From Vampirovibrionaceae bacterium NZW_1234 (lineage in GTDB: Bacteria; Cyanobacteriota; Vampirovibrionia; Vampirovibrionales; JAGQHJ01), in NCBI GenBank assembly GCA_041697335.1, contig JBGUGD010000024.1:1-11395 (forward strand): a stretch of DNA of 11,395 nt, read 5' to 3'. Shown in pieces: positions 1 through 8,764 of this stretch. Below the pieces are notes generated by a model that saw only the letters and a program-made list of their open reading frames with translations, was not told where the DNA came from and ran no database searches. The position numbers and the translations under genes are program-made. Each line of letters starts with the position of its first letter. Positions within the stretch are counted from its first letter, which is position 1.

Positions 1-1
1 A

Positions 2-292
2 GTTCTTAAGCCTATTACTACTCCACTTACTCCCAGTATTAATCCATCGCCTGGAGAGTGGTTGTATGAATGCCAAAGTTGTTTACAACGTTTCCCAGAG
101 AGTAACTTGATACCCACCTCTTGCCCCAGCTGTAATGAAGAATTGGCTTATATAGAATTAATACCTGTACCAACATATTTATCAGAAGGAAGAATTTTCA
201 ACTTCAGTGGTTCGGAAATCACCTTATCTGCCACATGTAGTAATAGTCACACAATCTACCGTGTGAAAGCACTACCTACAGAAAAAGTCTAA
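2..292 (+). CDS. Partial (5'-truncated by window) Cys-rich hypothetical protein, putative zinc-ribbon
   Basis: The frame is open from position 2 (VLKPITTPLTPSINPSPGEWLYECQSC...) to TAA at 290-292. It contains CQSC, CPSC and CSNSH motifs and is followed 46 bp later by a co-oriented ORF. Confidence 0.55.
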   Translation, partial: VLKPITTPLTPSINPSPGEWLYECQSCLQRFPESNLIPTSCPSCNEELAYIELIPVPTYLSEGRIFNFSGSEITLSATCSNSHTIYRVKALPTEKV

Positions 293-338
293 TTTTTGCA
301 TTGTAATTAAAGCTAAAGAGTAAGAGGCTTAGATTGGA

Positions 339-1496
339 ATGACAGCGCCTAATATATATTTATCTGACTTTTGGTCCATTGTGGATGCTGGGAGTCGCAA
401 GTTACGCCTTGAAAAGATCTTAAAAAACACTCAGGCTCATACAGCTTTCCTGGATAGCTTGTTACTGCATAACAAAATCCTTATCCCAACTCAAGAGTAT
501 TTGGAATTATTGGTCTTATTAAAGCTGTATGGTCAAAAAAATATTATTAACTTGTTACAAAGTGACATCGTTCAATTCATCAGGTTAAAAGGTTCTTATG
601 CTTATAGAAAAGGCAGAGGGTTGATGGCATATTATACAATAGACAATAAGCAAAGACAACCGCATCCTTTCGCAGCTGATACCGAGGATGTCCTTACTGC
701 TCTTTCCCAATACATGCTTAATCAACATTCAATGATGCCTCTTGATAGCCGATTGTGTTCTTTAATACTAGAGAAGACGATTGAAGTAAGCGCAGCAACA
801 ATAGAATCAGAAATATGGCAGCGAACAATAAGCGATATCCAAAACAACCTAAACTGTTATCCTGAATTTTGCAATATACCAGATTTGGTAAATCTTCCTA
901 GTATCTCTGAAGCTCAAATCTATCTTATAGGTGACGAAACAGCAGGTATAGAAAACCCCTTAGTAATGAGACTATTAGAAATGTCAGTTGCTCAAACCGA
1001 ACTCCTACTTGCCAAAAAGGGCGCTGCTTCAGACTTTTCAATTGGACGAGGTTATGTTCGGCAACTACTAAACAGAGTCATTGATACTAGTTATAATACT
1101 GCGCTAACCGAGCTATTCAAGCTAAGTGAAATACCTGACTTATTACCTCTTATCAATTGTGGTCAAGTTCAATTAGAGCAAATAATAAAATTACGGGAAT
1201 CTTCATCAGGGAAGGGCTTTAGAGAATGGTTCCATATAAATTGTCGACATTCATCAAGCGAGAATATCCAAAGAGAGTATATTCAGTTATTAAAAAGTAT
1301 TCCTAACGTTAATTCTAATGGCGGCAAATTTAACAGATGCCTGTTTGGGCTTGCTGTATCTGCCATACCTTATGTTGGCCCACTTTTAGGCGTATTATAT
1401 AACGTAATAGATTACTTTAAGACTGAGGAGCTGGTGAACGGAAAATCTCCTCAGCTTTTTTTGCAAAAATTAGAGGGCCTTTCCATTGGTGAATAA
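339..1496 (+). CDS. Hypothetical protein (385 aa), AT-rich accessory gene
   Basis: Long ORF in AT-rich DNA with an AGAGG/GGA-type RBS upstream and a hydrophobic C-terminal segment (LFGLAVSAIPYVGPLLGVLY). I recognise no family with confidence. Confidence 0.75.
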   Translation: MTAPNIYLSDFWSIVDAGSRKLRLEKILKNTQAHTAFLDSLLLHNKILIPTQEYLELLVLLKLYGQKNIINLLQSDIVQFIRLKGSYAYRKGRGLMAYYTIDNKQRQPHPFAADTEDVLTALSQYMLNQHSMMPLDSRLCSLILEKTIEVSAATIESEIWQRTISDIQNNLNCYPEFCNIPDLVNLPSISEAQIYLIGDETAGIENPLVMRLLEMSVAQTELLLAKKGAASDFSIGRGYVRQLLNRVIDTSYNTALTELFKLSEIPDLLPLINCGQVQLEQIIKLRESSSGKGFREWFHINCRHSSSENIQREYIQLLKSIPNVNSNGGKFNRCLFGLAVSAIPYVGPLLGVLYNVIDYFKTEELVNGKSPQLFLQKLEGLSIGE

Positions 1497-1579
1497 CTCA
1501 CAAAGAAAGCAGATAGAAGTTTTCTAAAAGTTTGCTGTGGACCAGACACGAAATCGCAGCAACATCGCCACCTAGGGGC

Positions 1580-1667
1580 TTTAGGACTGTTACGGGTAGG
1601 CGGATTTATCGGGGGAGGGGTCGTAGCGGAAGGGGATGCCGTGGCGGGCGAGGTAGCTGGCGACGGC
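1580..1667 (-). repeat. 88-bp direct repeat copy A: detached duplicate of the 3' end of the 2620..2916 gene
   Basis: tttaggactgttacgggtaggcgg...gaggtagctggcgacggc matches 2619..2706 with 2 mismatches (ac vs gt at 1592-1593). It translates as AVASYLARHGIPFRYDPSPDKSAYP-stop. Confidence 0.95.
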
Positions 1668-1748
1668 ATCGCTAGGGTATCAGAAAAGGGTTTGCTTCAC
1701 AACTTAGTGGCCATACAAGCATTTCCCCAACGACGCGCACCAGAAAGG

Positions 1749-2381
1749 CTAACTGAAAAAGTGGAGGTAGTTTAAGACGGAGGCGGTTTTGAGGGGGGGT
1801 TCGTTCATGTTGCGGGTGATGCCTTTGGCCTTCAGGGACTGGATGTAGGTTAGGCCCTTCCCGGTGAGGGTTATCTGATCTTGCGTGGCACGCGATCGGG
1901 TCACCTGCTCTTCGGGGTTCGGGTGGTATTGCTTCAACCAGCCGTTCTCGGCCATGCGCTTCAGCGTGGTGTTCAGGCTGGACAAGCGCGGGTGCCACAA
2001 GGAATTGACGTCGATGACCGGCGGGTTCTGAAAGATGGCCCGGCCCACAGAACTCGCCCCGGAGAGGAGTCGCTTGAGGACCGACAACGGCCGCCAGGTG
2101 GGTTTGCCCTGGGGTACAGCCTCTGTTGGAGGCGGCGGGGTTAACTGCGCCTGATGCCGTTCGCCCAGCTGCAACATAAAAGATCGGTCGATGGCAATTT
2201 CGTCCTTTAAGCCTTGCAATTCGTCGGCGTTCATTTTGGTGACATCTACCAGCGGGGCCAACGCGACACGCTCGGCATCCACTAAATCCAATATTTCATA
2301 GGCCCGTACTCCCACCGCAGAAGCAAACCGAACGTTCTGCACCGGACGCGGACTGGCCGCGTGAACCATCCCAATTCTCAT
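1749..2381 (-). CDS. Hypothetical protein with C-terminal winged-helix-like (MarR/PadR-type) segment
   Basis: The ATG at 2381 is preceded by GGGAG; the ORF track uses GTG at 2399. The C-terminal SSLNTTLKRMAENGWLKQY...ITLTGKGLTYIQ fits a recognition helix plus wing with the LTxxG pattern. The N-terminus carries a VRFA motif. Confidence 0.65.
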   Translation of the reverse strand: MRIGMVHAASPRPVQNVRFASAVGVRAYEILDLVDAERVALAPLVDVTKMNADELQGLKDEIAIDRSFMLQLGERHQAQLTPPPPTEAVPQGKPTWRPLSVLKRLLSGASSVGRAIFQNPPVIDVNSLWHPRLSSLNTTLKRMAENGWLKQYHPNPEEQVTRSRATQDQITLTGKGLTYIQSLKAKGITRNMNEPPLKTASVLNYLHFFS

Positions 2382-2442
2382 CGTATCACTCCCACCCACA
2401 TTACATTCCTATCAGGGCCTAATAGTAAATCATTATAAAAAG

Positions 2443-2498
2443 AATAACAAGGGTTTGACTTGTTATTTTAACATTCAGTAATTATCGAATGTTAAAAT
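2443..2498. promoter_or_regulatory. Two overlapping perfect inverted repeats upstream of the wHTH-like gene; TATAAT on the minus strand at 2432-2437
   Basis: aataacaag(2443-2451)-7 bp-cttgttatt(2459-2467) and attttaacattc(2465-2476)-10 bp-gaatgttaaaat(2487-2498). Confidence 0.55.
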
Positions 2499-2618
2499 TC
2501 CGAGCCAAAAAACCGGAGCGAAAACGTCACCCTGTGCCTTGCTTGACTGGAGCCGTTGCCAAAGGCCAGGCATCGGTGTGAAGGACCATGGAGGGCATCA
2601 ACACGACGCAAAGAAGAG

Positions 2619-2706
2619 TTTAGGACTGTTGTGGGTAGGCGGATTTATCGGGGGAGGGGTCGTAGCGGAAGGGGATGCCGTGGCGGGCGAGGTAGCTGGC
2701 GACGGC
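2619..2706 (-). repeat. 88-bp direct repeat copy B (3' end of the 98-aa CDS)
   Basis: Matches 1580..1667 at an offset of 1039 bp, with 86/88 identity. Confidence 0.95.
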
Positions 2707-2916
2707 GCCGTCATCGCGGGGCTCGCATTTAAACGTCACGTCGCCTTTGGCTTTGCGGGCGGCGTTGCGAAACAGGCTGTCCGGGGTGGTGTACTCGGGG
2801 TAGCCTTCGGCCTGGGCCACATAGATGGCGGCCGGTTGCGGGTCCTGCACCGTGGCCCGGGGCAAGCGCTTGCCTTCGAAGGTAAAACTGCCTTGGAATC
2901 GTACCGATGGAATCAT
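2620..2916 (-). CDS. Small hypothetical protein (98 aa, MIPSVRFQGSFTF...)
   Basis: ATG with GAGGAG upstream. Its N-terminus and C-terminal pattern resemble the 9456..9749 protein. Confidence 0.7.
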   Translation of the reverse strand: MIPSVRFQGSFTFEGKRLPRATVQDPQPAAIYVAQAEGYPEYTTPDSLFRNAARKAKGDVTFKCEPRDDGAVASYLARHGIPFRYDPSPDKSAYPQQS

Positions 2917-3236
2917 TGTTTTCGCCGATGCTCCTCGTGTTTCTGAAACGGACAGGGGCTGCCCCCCGAATCAAACGTGTCCCAAACCCTGGTGGAGCCC
3001 AGGGTCGATGTTGGGAAATATGATAGCACCGACATGGCGTTAGAATGAAGCTGATGTCCTTCCGGTTTATGCACTGGTGGCGAACACCGAATTGAAGTGT
3101 GGACACGAAGACTTAGCCTAGCAGTTAACTTGCCCGAGCGGGTATTATGCTACACTGTGAGTTCACCATGGCAAACCAGCATATGGGTTCAGACTCTCCC
3201 CCACAGGCTTAAAAAAAGGACGAGTAGGACGATTCC

Positions 3237-3962
3237 ATGACGAACCTTCTATTACAGCCCGAAACCTATTTCAGCTTACTGAGCTTAACACTGCTTGAAA
3301 TTGTTCTCGGTATCGACAACGTTATTTTTATTTCCATCCTGGCGGGCAAGCTGCCTGACGAGCAACGTGACAAAGCCCGCAAGATAGGTCTGGTTGTGGC
3401 CCTGGTTGGACGTTTATTGCTGCTTCTCAGTATTGTCTGGCTGGCCAAACTGACAAAGCCACTGCTCTACCTGGGCACCATCATCACCCTATCCGGCAAA
3501 GACCTCGTTTTATTATTGGGGGGCCTCTTTCTCATCATTAAAAGTACGCATGAAATTTACGAAAAAGTGGAGGCGCCGCAGCACGAGAGCATCCTCGCCT
3601 CACCCAAAGGGTCTTCGTTCGCCAGTATTATTTTGCAAATCATTGTGATTGATATGGTTTTTTCGCTTGATTCCATTATTACGGCCGTTGGGCTTGTCAA
3701 GCATATCGGGATTATGGTAACCGCCATCTTGATTTCTTTAGGCTTGATGCTGGCGGCCTCGAACATGATTGGCGGATTTATCGATCGCCATCCTTCCATT
3801 AAAGTCCTTGCGCTGAGCTTTTTATTGATGATTGGTACGATGTTAACCGCTGAAGGGCTTCATTTTCATTTTCCCAAAGGGTATGTTTATTCCTCGCTGG
3901 TGTTTGCCTTATTTGTCGAGTTTATCAACATCAGGGTCCGCACGAAGACGGCACGAACATAG
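3237..3962 (+). CDS. TerC family integral membrane protein
   Basis: Hallmark motifs LEIVLGIDNVIFI and DMVFSLDSIITAVG, multiple TM helices, and an AGGA RBS. Confidence 0.93.
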   Translation: MTNLLLQPETYFSLLSLTLLEIVLGIDNVIFISILAGKLPDEQRDKARKIGLVVALVGRLLLLLSIVWLAKLTKPLLYLGTIITLSGKDLVLLLGGLFLIIKSTHEIYEKVEAPQHESILASPKGSSFASIILQIIVIDMVFSLDSIITAVGLVKHIGIMVTAILISLGLMLAASNMIGGFIDRHPSIKVLALSFLLMIGTMLTAEGLHFHFPKGYVYSSLVFALFVEFINIRVRTKTART

Positions 3963-4007
3963 AGATGACATTGCAGGGTGCTCTGTTGGCATGCGCGTCA
4001 AAATTCG

Positions 4008-7000
4008 TTATTCAGGCTGGTGGATCGGTAATCTAAAAAAGAATGTCGCGCCGCGGCCTTCGTCGCTTTCAACGGCGATGCTGCCCCCATGCAGCTCCAC
4101 CAGTTCCTTGGTGAGCGCAAGGCCTAAGCCCGTGCCTTCGTGGTATCGGGAGGACGAGGTATTGATTTGATAAAATTTCTGAAACAGTTGAGCCGCCTTG
4201 TCCTCCGGGATACCCATACCCGTATCCTGGACCTCGCACTGCAACCACTGGTTATCGTCCGACCGGGACACCCAGACGTGAACCTCGCCTCCGGGACAGT
4301 TGAATTTAATGGCATTATTGATGAGATTGACAAAGATCTGCTTGAGTCTTGCCGGATCGGCATCAATGGACGGGAGTTGGGGTTGGAGATGGAAGGATAA
4401 CATCACCTGCTTTTTATGGGCCAACTCGCCCATCATGGATCGAACGGATTCCACCAGCGGCTCAACCGCAATATGCTCTATGCTCAAGGCCATTTTGCCC
4501 GCTTCGACTCGGGACACATCCAGCAGGTCATTCACAATGTCCAGCAAATGACGACCACTGGCGCTAATATTGTCGGCGTATTGGGCCTGTTTGTCAGTTA
4601 AGGCCCCGGCCATCCCTTGGACCATCATTTGCGAATACCCGATAATGGCATTGAGGGGTGTCCGCAGCTCATGAGACATCATGCCCAGGAACTCACTCTT
4701 CTTGCGGTTGGCCTCTTCGGCTTCTTCCCGGGCTTTCTGCTCGAGATGATAAAGTTCCGTCTGGTAGAAGGACACGCCAATCTGGATGGCAAGGTCCTGT
4801 AATACTTCCAGCTCTTCATCCGTCCAAACACGGTCTTTATAGCATTCTTGCAGCGTAATGACGCCGTAAGGGTTGCCTCGGAAACGGATGCCTGTTCTGA
4901 GGATGGCGCTGGTGCAGTACTTGTTGATTAAAAGCTCCTCAAACAGATGGATGTAGTCTTCTATCTCTTCTGCCGGCATATCGTTACTACAGGGGAGCTC
5001 AAACATGCGCTGCTTTAAATCATTCCGGTAGTCCTCGGCGTTGTTGAAACGCTGCGTGCGCATGGCTTGTTCAATCGGCAAATCCCGGCTCAAGGCCTTG
5101 AGAATTTTCGGGGGGAAATCCGCGACATCGATGACCGGAACATCGGGATCCCGATAATACTGGCCCGAAACGGACAAATTAAGATAATTGTCCGTCTGGA
5201 CATAGCGCACAATATAGGCTCGCGCAACCCCGAAGAACGCGCCGATTTCCGTGGCGATTTCGTCGAGCAGCGTATCGATTTCAAAGGTCTTGTTCATGAT
5301 TTCGGCAATGCGCCGCATTAAACGCTCACGCTCATAACCTTTGGTGAGGGCGAGTTCCGCCAATTTTCGATCGGTAATGTCAACGCAAGAACCGACCAGG
5401 CCATACAGTTCGCCATTGGGTAAAACACTGAGGGCGCCTGACGTTAGAAACCAACGGAATTCCCCATTCGCCTGCTTCAGACGCTGCTCCAGTGTATAGG
5501 GCGCTCTTTGTGCGATGGCGTTTGCAACGGTTTGCCTGACCGAGTCCAATTCGTCCGGGTGTACATAAGCCGCCCACGTATTATCCTGAAACTCGTCGAA
5601 GGTGGTCCCGAAAAATGACAGACCCGCCTTGTTGAGGTACGTCATCCTGAAATCCGGATCTAATGTCCAGACAATGTTGGGCGAGGCATCCGCAATGGTG
5701 CGAAAACGCGCTTCGCTTTCTTTGATCGCAATTTCCGCTTTCTTGCGCTCGGTCAAATCCTGCATGGAACCAATCATACGCACAGGCTTACCCTGTTCAT
5801 CGTGCAAAACAAAGCCACGATCATACACAAACTTGAACCCCCCATCTCCGGTTAAATACTTGTATTCATCGGCCCAGTGCACTTGCCCTGAATCAATCAC
5901 GGCGTGGAGGCCCTGAATCACCCGGTCCCGATCTTCCGGATGGAGATGCTCCACCCACCAGGAAGCATTTGAATCCACGTCCTGTCTTTGATAGGAAAAC
6001 AAGGCATAAATGCCCTCGTTCCAGGTGATTTGATTGGTTAGCAAATCCCAATCCCAAATCGCATCCTGGGTTGCCTGGCTGACCAGTTTGAACCATTCAT
6101 TGTTTCTCTGTAACGTCTGTTCCACATGCTTGCGATCGGTGATGTCGGTATAGGTGCCGAAGTATCCGATAAATCGGCCATCGGGCGTTAAACGGGGAGC
6201 CCCGACAGCAAGCATCCAGCGATATTCCCCATCGGCCCGGAGAAAACGGTATTCCTCGCGAATCGGGAGTTGATTCTCGAAGGCGTGTTTAAACGCGGCT
6301 TCGAATTTGGGGGCGTCTTCAGGATGAAGCGTGCAGAGCCAGCCAAGCCCCGTCAATTCCTCCAGTTTGCGGCCCGTAAACTGAAGCCAGGGTTTATTGA
6401 AATACACCGCATTGCCGGTTTCATCGGCCATGGCCATATAGATGGGGGCAGTATCGGCCAGATTCCTGAACCGCAATTCACTTTCCAGCAGCTCTTGTTC
6501 GGCTTGATTCCGTTGCGTGACATCGCGAGTAAAGCAGCGCGTGTGGATCAAACGATGGTTTTCCACATAAACGCTTGACGTGATCTGTACCAGCTTCATG
6601 GAGCCATCCTTGCACCGAAGGCGCGCTTCATAGTCCACAAGAGGCTCCTGGCGGGCGAATCGGGACAGGATATCCGTGACGACCGCCTCATCACCATGGA
6701 ATTCCGCAATATGGTGGCCGATGTATTCCTCGGGAGAGTAGCCCAATAACTGCAATACAGCCCGGTTTGCCCGGAGGATCATGCCGTCAGGTCCAACCCA
6801 GTGCAGACCTAAAGATGCATTCTCAAAGAAGTCCATCAGCATCGCTTCGTTATGGCGTGACGCTTCTTGTGCAGGGTTTTGTTCGGCAATGTCGCGCACC
6901 GTCACCGTGAACAAGGGGGCGCCCTCGGCGGGGACCTGGCAAATGGTCACCTTACACATCAATTCACTGCCGTCTTTGCGCAAGACAGATGTTTCAAGCT

Positions 7001-7346
7001 GGTGAGTCTGGTTCGGGCCTTCATCGGTTCCCAGGCCCGAAGCGAGACTCCTGTAGAAGGCTTTTCTGAACTGTTCTGGGAGAATCAACTGGGCCAGGTC
7101 CTGCCCCAGGGTCTCTTCTCGGCTATAGCCCAAAAGCCACTCCGCCGCCGCATTCCAGTCCATCACTTTCCCCTGGTGATCCAGGGTGCTTATGGCATCC
7201 AGAGACGGCCTAAAGCTCTGCCACCCCGCATCCGGGAAGTCAAAAGCCGATGTACTCAAGTTAAGTGCGCGCATGTGCTGGTTCATTTCGCCACTGCCGG
7301 GAAAGGGTTCCGACGTTTTACCTGCTTTTTCCTGATGAATGGTCAT
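4008..7346 (-). CDS. Cytoplasmic multi-sensor histidine kinase (5 PAS/PAC, GAF, HisKA, HATPase_c)
   Basis: Repeated PAS/PAC signatures (N.A...LLGYS, HPED/HPDE, DITDRK), a GAF-end motif WTDEELEVL, H-box SHELRTPL, N-box NLINNAIKF, and G-boxes DTGMGI and GTGLGL. No TM helix or receiver domain is evident. Confidence 0.95.
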   Translation of the reverse strand: MTIHQEKAGKTSEPFPGSGEMNQHMRALNLSTSAFDFPDAGWQSFRPSLDAISTLDHQGKVMDWNAAAEWLLGYSREETLGQDLAQLILPEQFRKAFYRSLASGLGTDEGPNQTHQLETSVLRKDGSELMCKVTICQVPAEGAPLFTVTVRDIAEQNPAQEASRHNEAMLMDFFENASLGLHWVGPDGMILRANRAVLQLLGYSPEEYIGHHIAEFHGDEAVVTDILSRFARQEPLVDYEARLRCKDGSMKLVQITSSVYVENHRLIHTRCFTRDVTQRNQAEQELLESELRFRNLADTAPIYMAMADETGNAVYFNKPWLQFTGRKLEELTGLGWLCTLHPEDAPKFEAAFKHAFENQLPIREEYRFLRADGEYRWMLAVGAPRLTPDGRFIGYFGTYTDITDRKHVEQTLQRNNEWFKLVSQATQDAIWDWDLLTNQITWNEGIYALFSYQRQDVDSNASWWVEHLHPEDRDRVIQGLHAVIDSGQVHWADEYKYLTGDGGFKFVYDRGFVLHDEQGKPVRMIGSMQDLTERKKAEIAIKESEARFRTIADASPNIVWTLDPDFRMTYLNKAGLSFFGTTFDEFQDNTWAAYVHPDELDSVRQTVANAIAQRAPYTLEQRLKQANGEFRWFLTSGALSVLPNGELYGLVGSCVDITDRKLAELALTKGYERERLMRRIAEIMNKTFEIDTLLDEIATEIGAFFGVARAYIVRYVQTDNYLNLSVSGQYYRDPDVPVIDVADFPPKILKALSRDLPIEQAMRTQRFNNAEDYRNDLKQRMFELPCSNDMPAEEIEDYIHLFEELLINKYCTSAILRTGIRFRGNPYGVITLQECYKDRVWTDEELEVLQDLAIQIGVSFYQTELYHLEQKAREEAEEANRKKSEFLGMMSHELRTPLNAIIGYSQMMVQGMAGALTDKQAQYADNISASGRHLLDIVNDLLDVSRVEAGKMALSIEHIAVEPLVESVRSMMGELAHKKQVMLSFHLQPQLPSIDADPARLKQIFVNLINNAIKFNCPGGEVHVWVSRSDDNQWLQCEVQDTGMGIPEDKAAQLFQKFYQINTSSSRYHEGTGLGLALTKELVELHGGSIAVESDEGRGATFFFRLPIHQPE

Positions 7347-7664
7347 TGAATTTGTCTGTTAGACCCGTAAAGGCTTCTATAAAAAGGGAATACAGCATTT
7401 TCCACTTTGATTGTCACAGAAAGCTACCCGACCGTCTATTAGACAGGTGTTTATTTTGTTTTTATCTTGATTACATTTATTACAGCAACAAACCGCCCCG
7501 TATCATTCGCCATAAGATGGTGAGGATTTCTGAACCCAATGAATCTTCAGTCCTGACGCCACTCCAACAACCATTCTCTAGGAAAGCCCAACCAGACATC
7601 GACAACAGAGGCAACAATCCACCAGATTGACCCAGATGGATGACAGTCAGCCCCTATGCATGGC

Positions 7665-8510
7665 TTACGTCTTGTCAAGAAAATACAGGTTGGAGTAGGT
7701 CTCCGAAGCAACAACCTCTGACAACGAATTCACCACAGGGTTAAAGCGGAGTAACTGCTGTGCACGATCAGAAAGAAGACGCTTTTGCTCTTGCGGAATA
7801 AAGATACGAAGCTGTGGTCGCTGATGTCGGGCACAGTTATACCCGACCACCACCATGGGCCGAGGCTCCGCTGTGGTATTGGGTGTTCCGCGATGCAGGG
7901 CTCTGACATCCCGGATCATAACATCCCCAACAGACATCACTAATGGAACCAACTGTGCTTCAGCCTGGCCGGATCGAACCCGATCCTGACATTCGGTATC
8001 CGTCAGCAGATGCGTCCCCGGCGCGATCTCGAATGGGCCATTTTCCAACGTCACATCCACCAGCGGAAAATTTACAGCAAACTGAAATGGGCGAACCGGA
8101 TCCGCATCCGGCATATCTGGCGAACATTGCAACATGTCCCGATGAATCACCTGATAATCGGAACCTTGTAATGGCGTATCGGTAGCCAGCTCAGGCATGA
8201 CGATGTCTTCTTGTGCCAACTGTTCAATAATCGCTAGAATATCCGGATCTTCATAGATAGCAGGATCGGCAAACGGCGGGATAAACGGTAAGGAAATATA
8301 GTATCGATTCGGGCCACGAGCTGACGCTGTGCCATCTTGAATGCGTTCGTTGAGCAACGGAAGAAATTGACGCTTCCACTCGGCTAACACATCGACAGAA
8401 AAGTGATGCGGCAAAATACAATAGCCGTCCTGCAACACCTGACTGATAAAAGCCTGATGCTGCTCGGCAGTATACCGGCCTTCTTGAGTTCGGTTCAATA
8501 GATTCGCCAT
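7665..8510 (-). CDS. Phytanoyl-CoA dioxygenase (PhyH) family Fe(II)/2-oxoglutarate dioxygenase
   Basis: QDGYCIL, an HxD motif (QVIHRD), PLVDVTLENGPFEIAPGTH and a distal His in LHRGTPN...R. AAGGA RBS upstream. Confidence 0.88.
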   Translation of the reverse strand: MANLLNRTQEGRYTAEQHQAFISQVLQDGYCILPHHFSVDVLAEWKRQFLPLLNERIQDGTASARGPNRYYISLPFIPPFADPAIYEDPDILAIIEQLAQEDIVMPELATDTPLQGSDYQVIHRDMLQCSPDMPDADPVRPFQFAVNFPLVDVTLENGPFEIAPGTHLLTDTECQDRVRSGQAEAQLVPLVMSVGDVMIRDVRALHRGTPNTTAEPRPMVVVGYNCARHQRPQLRIFIPQEQKRLLSDRAQQLLRFNPVVNSLSEVVASETYSNLYFLDKT

Positions 8511-8764
8511 GGCTTCGTCCTTGCTCGATAAAGCGTATTTAATGCTAATCCATATTGCGCTGAAAGAAAAATTTCGGCCTAATTCTGTTTTAAACGGAGC
8601 TTTTCATCCGATTTTTCAATCGGTTCTCTATCCAAACACAGCAGAGATTTACCGTAACAAACCCAACTTCTCAAAAACGCCCCTCCACCCAAACTCGGAT
8701 ATAGAGTGGGCCCAACAGGATTCGACTGACAACCAAGGGATTATAAGATCTATATTTTTAATTA

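Noticed and set aside
1451..1669. 72-aa Pro/Ser/Thr-rich ORF
   Set aside because: It is an off-frame reading of the duplicated gene end that overlaps the 385-aa gene, with no support as a real gene.
2100..2114. gggtttgccctgggg (also gggtttgcc at 9241 and gggtttgc near 1688) as extra tRNA-end copies
   Set aside because: The matches are short. Two simply encode Gly-Lys-Pro inside ORFs, and none is accompanied by the T-arm sequence.
2729..3106. 125-aa ORF starting MSTLQFG
   Set aside because: It has an FG-like start, but it begins with GTG without a clear RBS, overlaps the 98-aa gene out of frame and has unnatural composition. At most it is a remnant.
5366..6150. Short nucleotide similarities within the kinase gene
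   Set aside because: They are explained by repeated PAC motifs (DITDRK) of tandem PAS domains.
8608..8623. Small palindrome ccgatt-tttc-aatcgg upstream of the dioxygenase
   Set aside because: Arms of 6 bp are expected by chance and there is no second copy.
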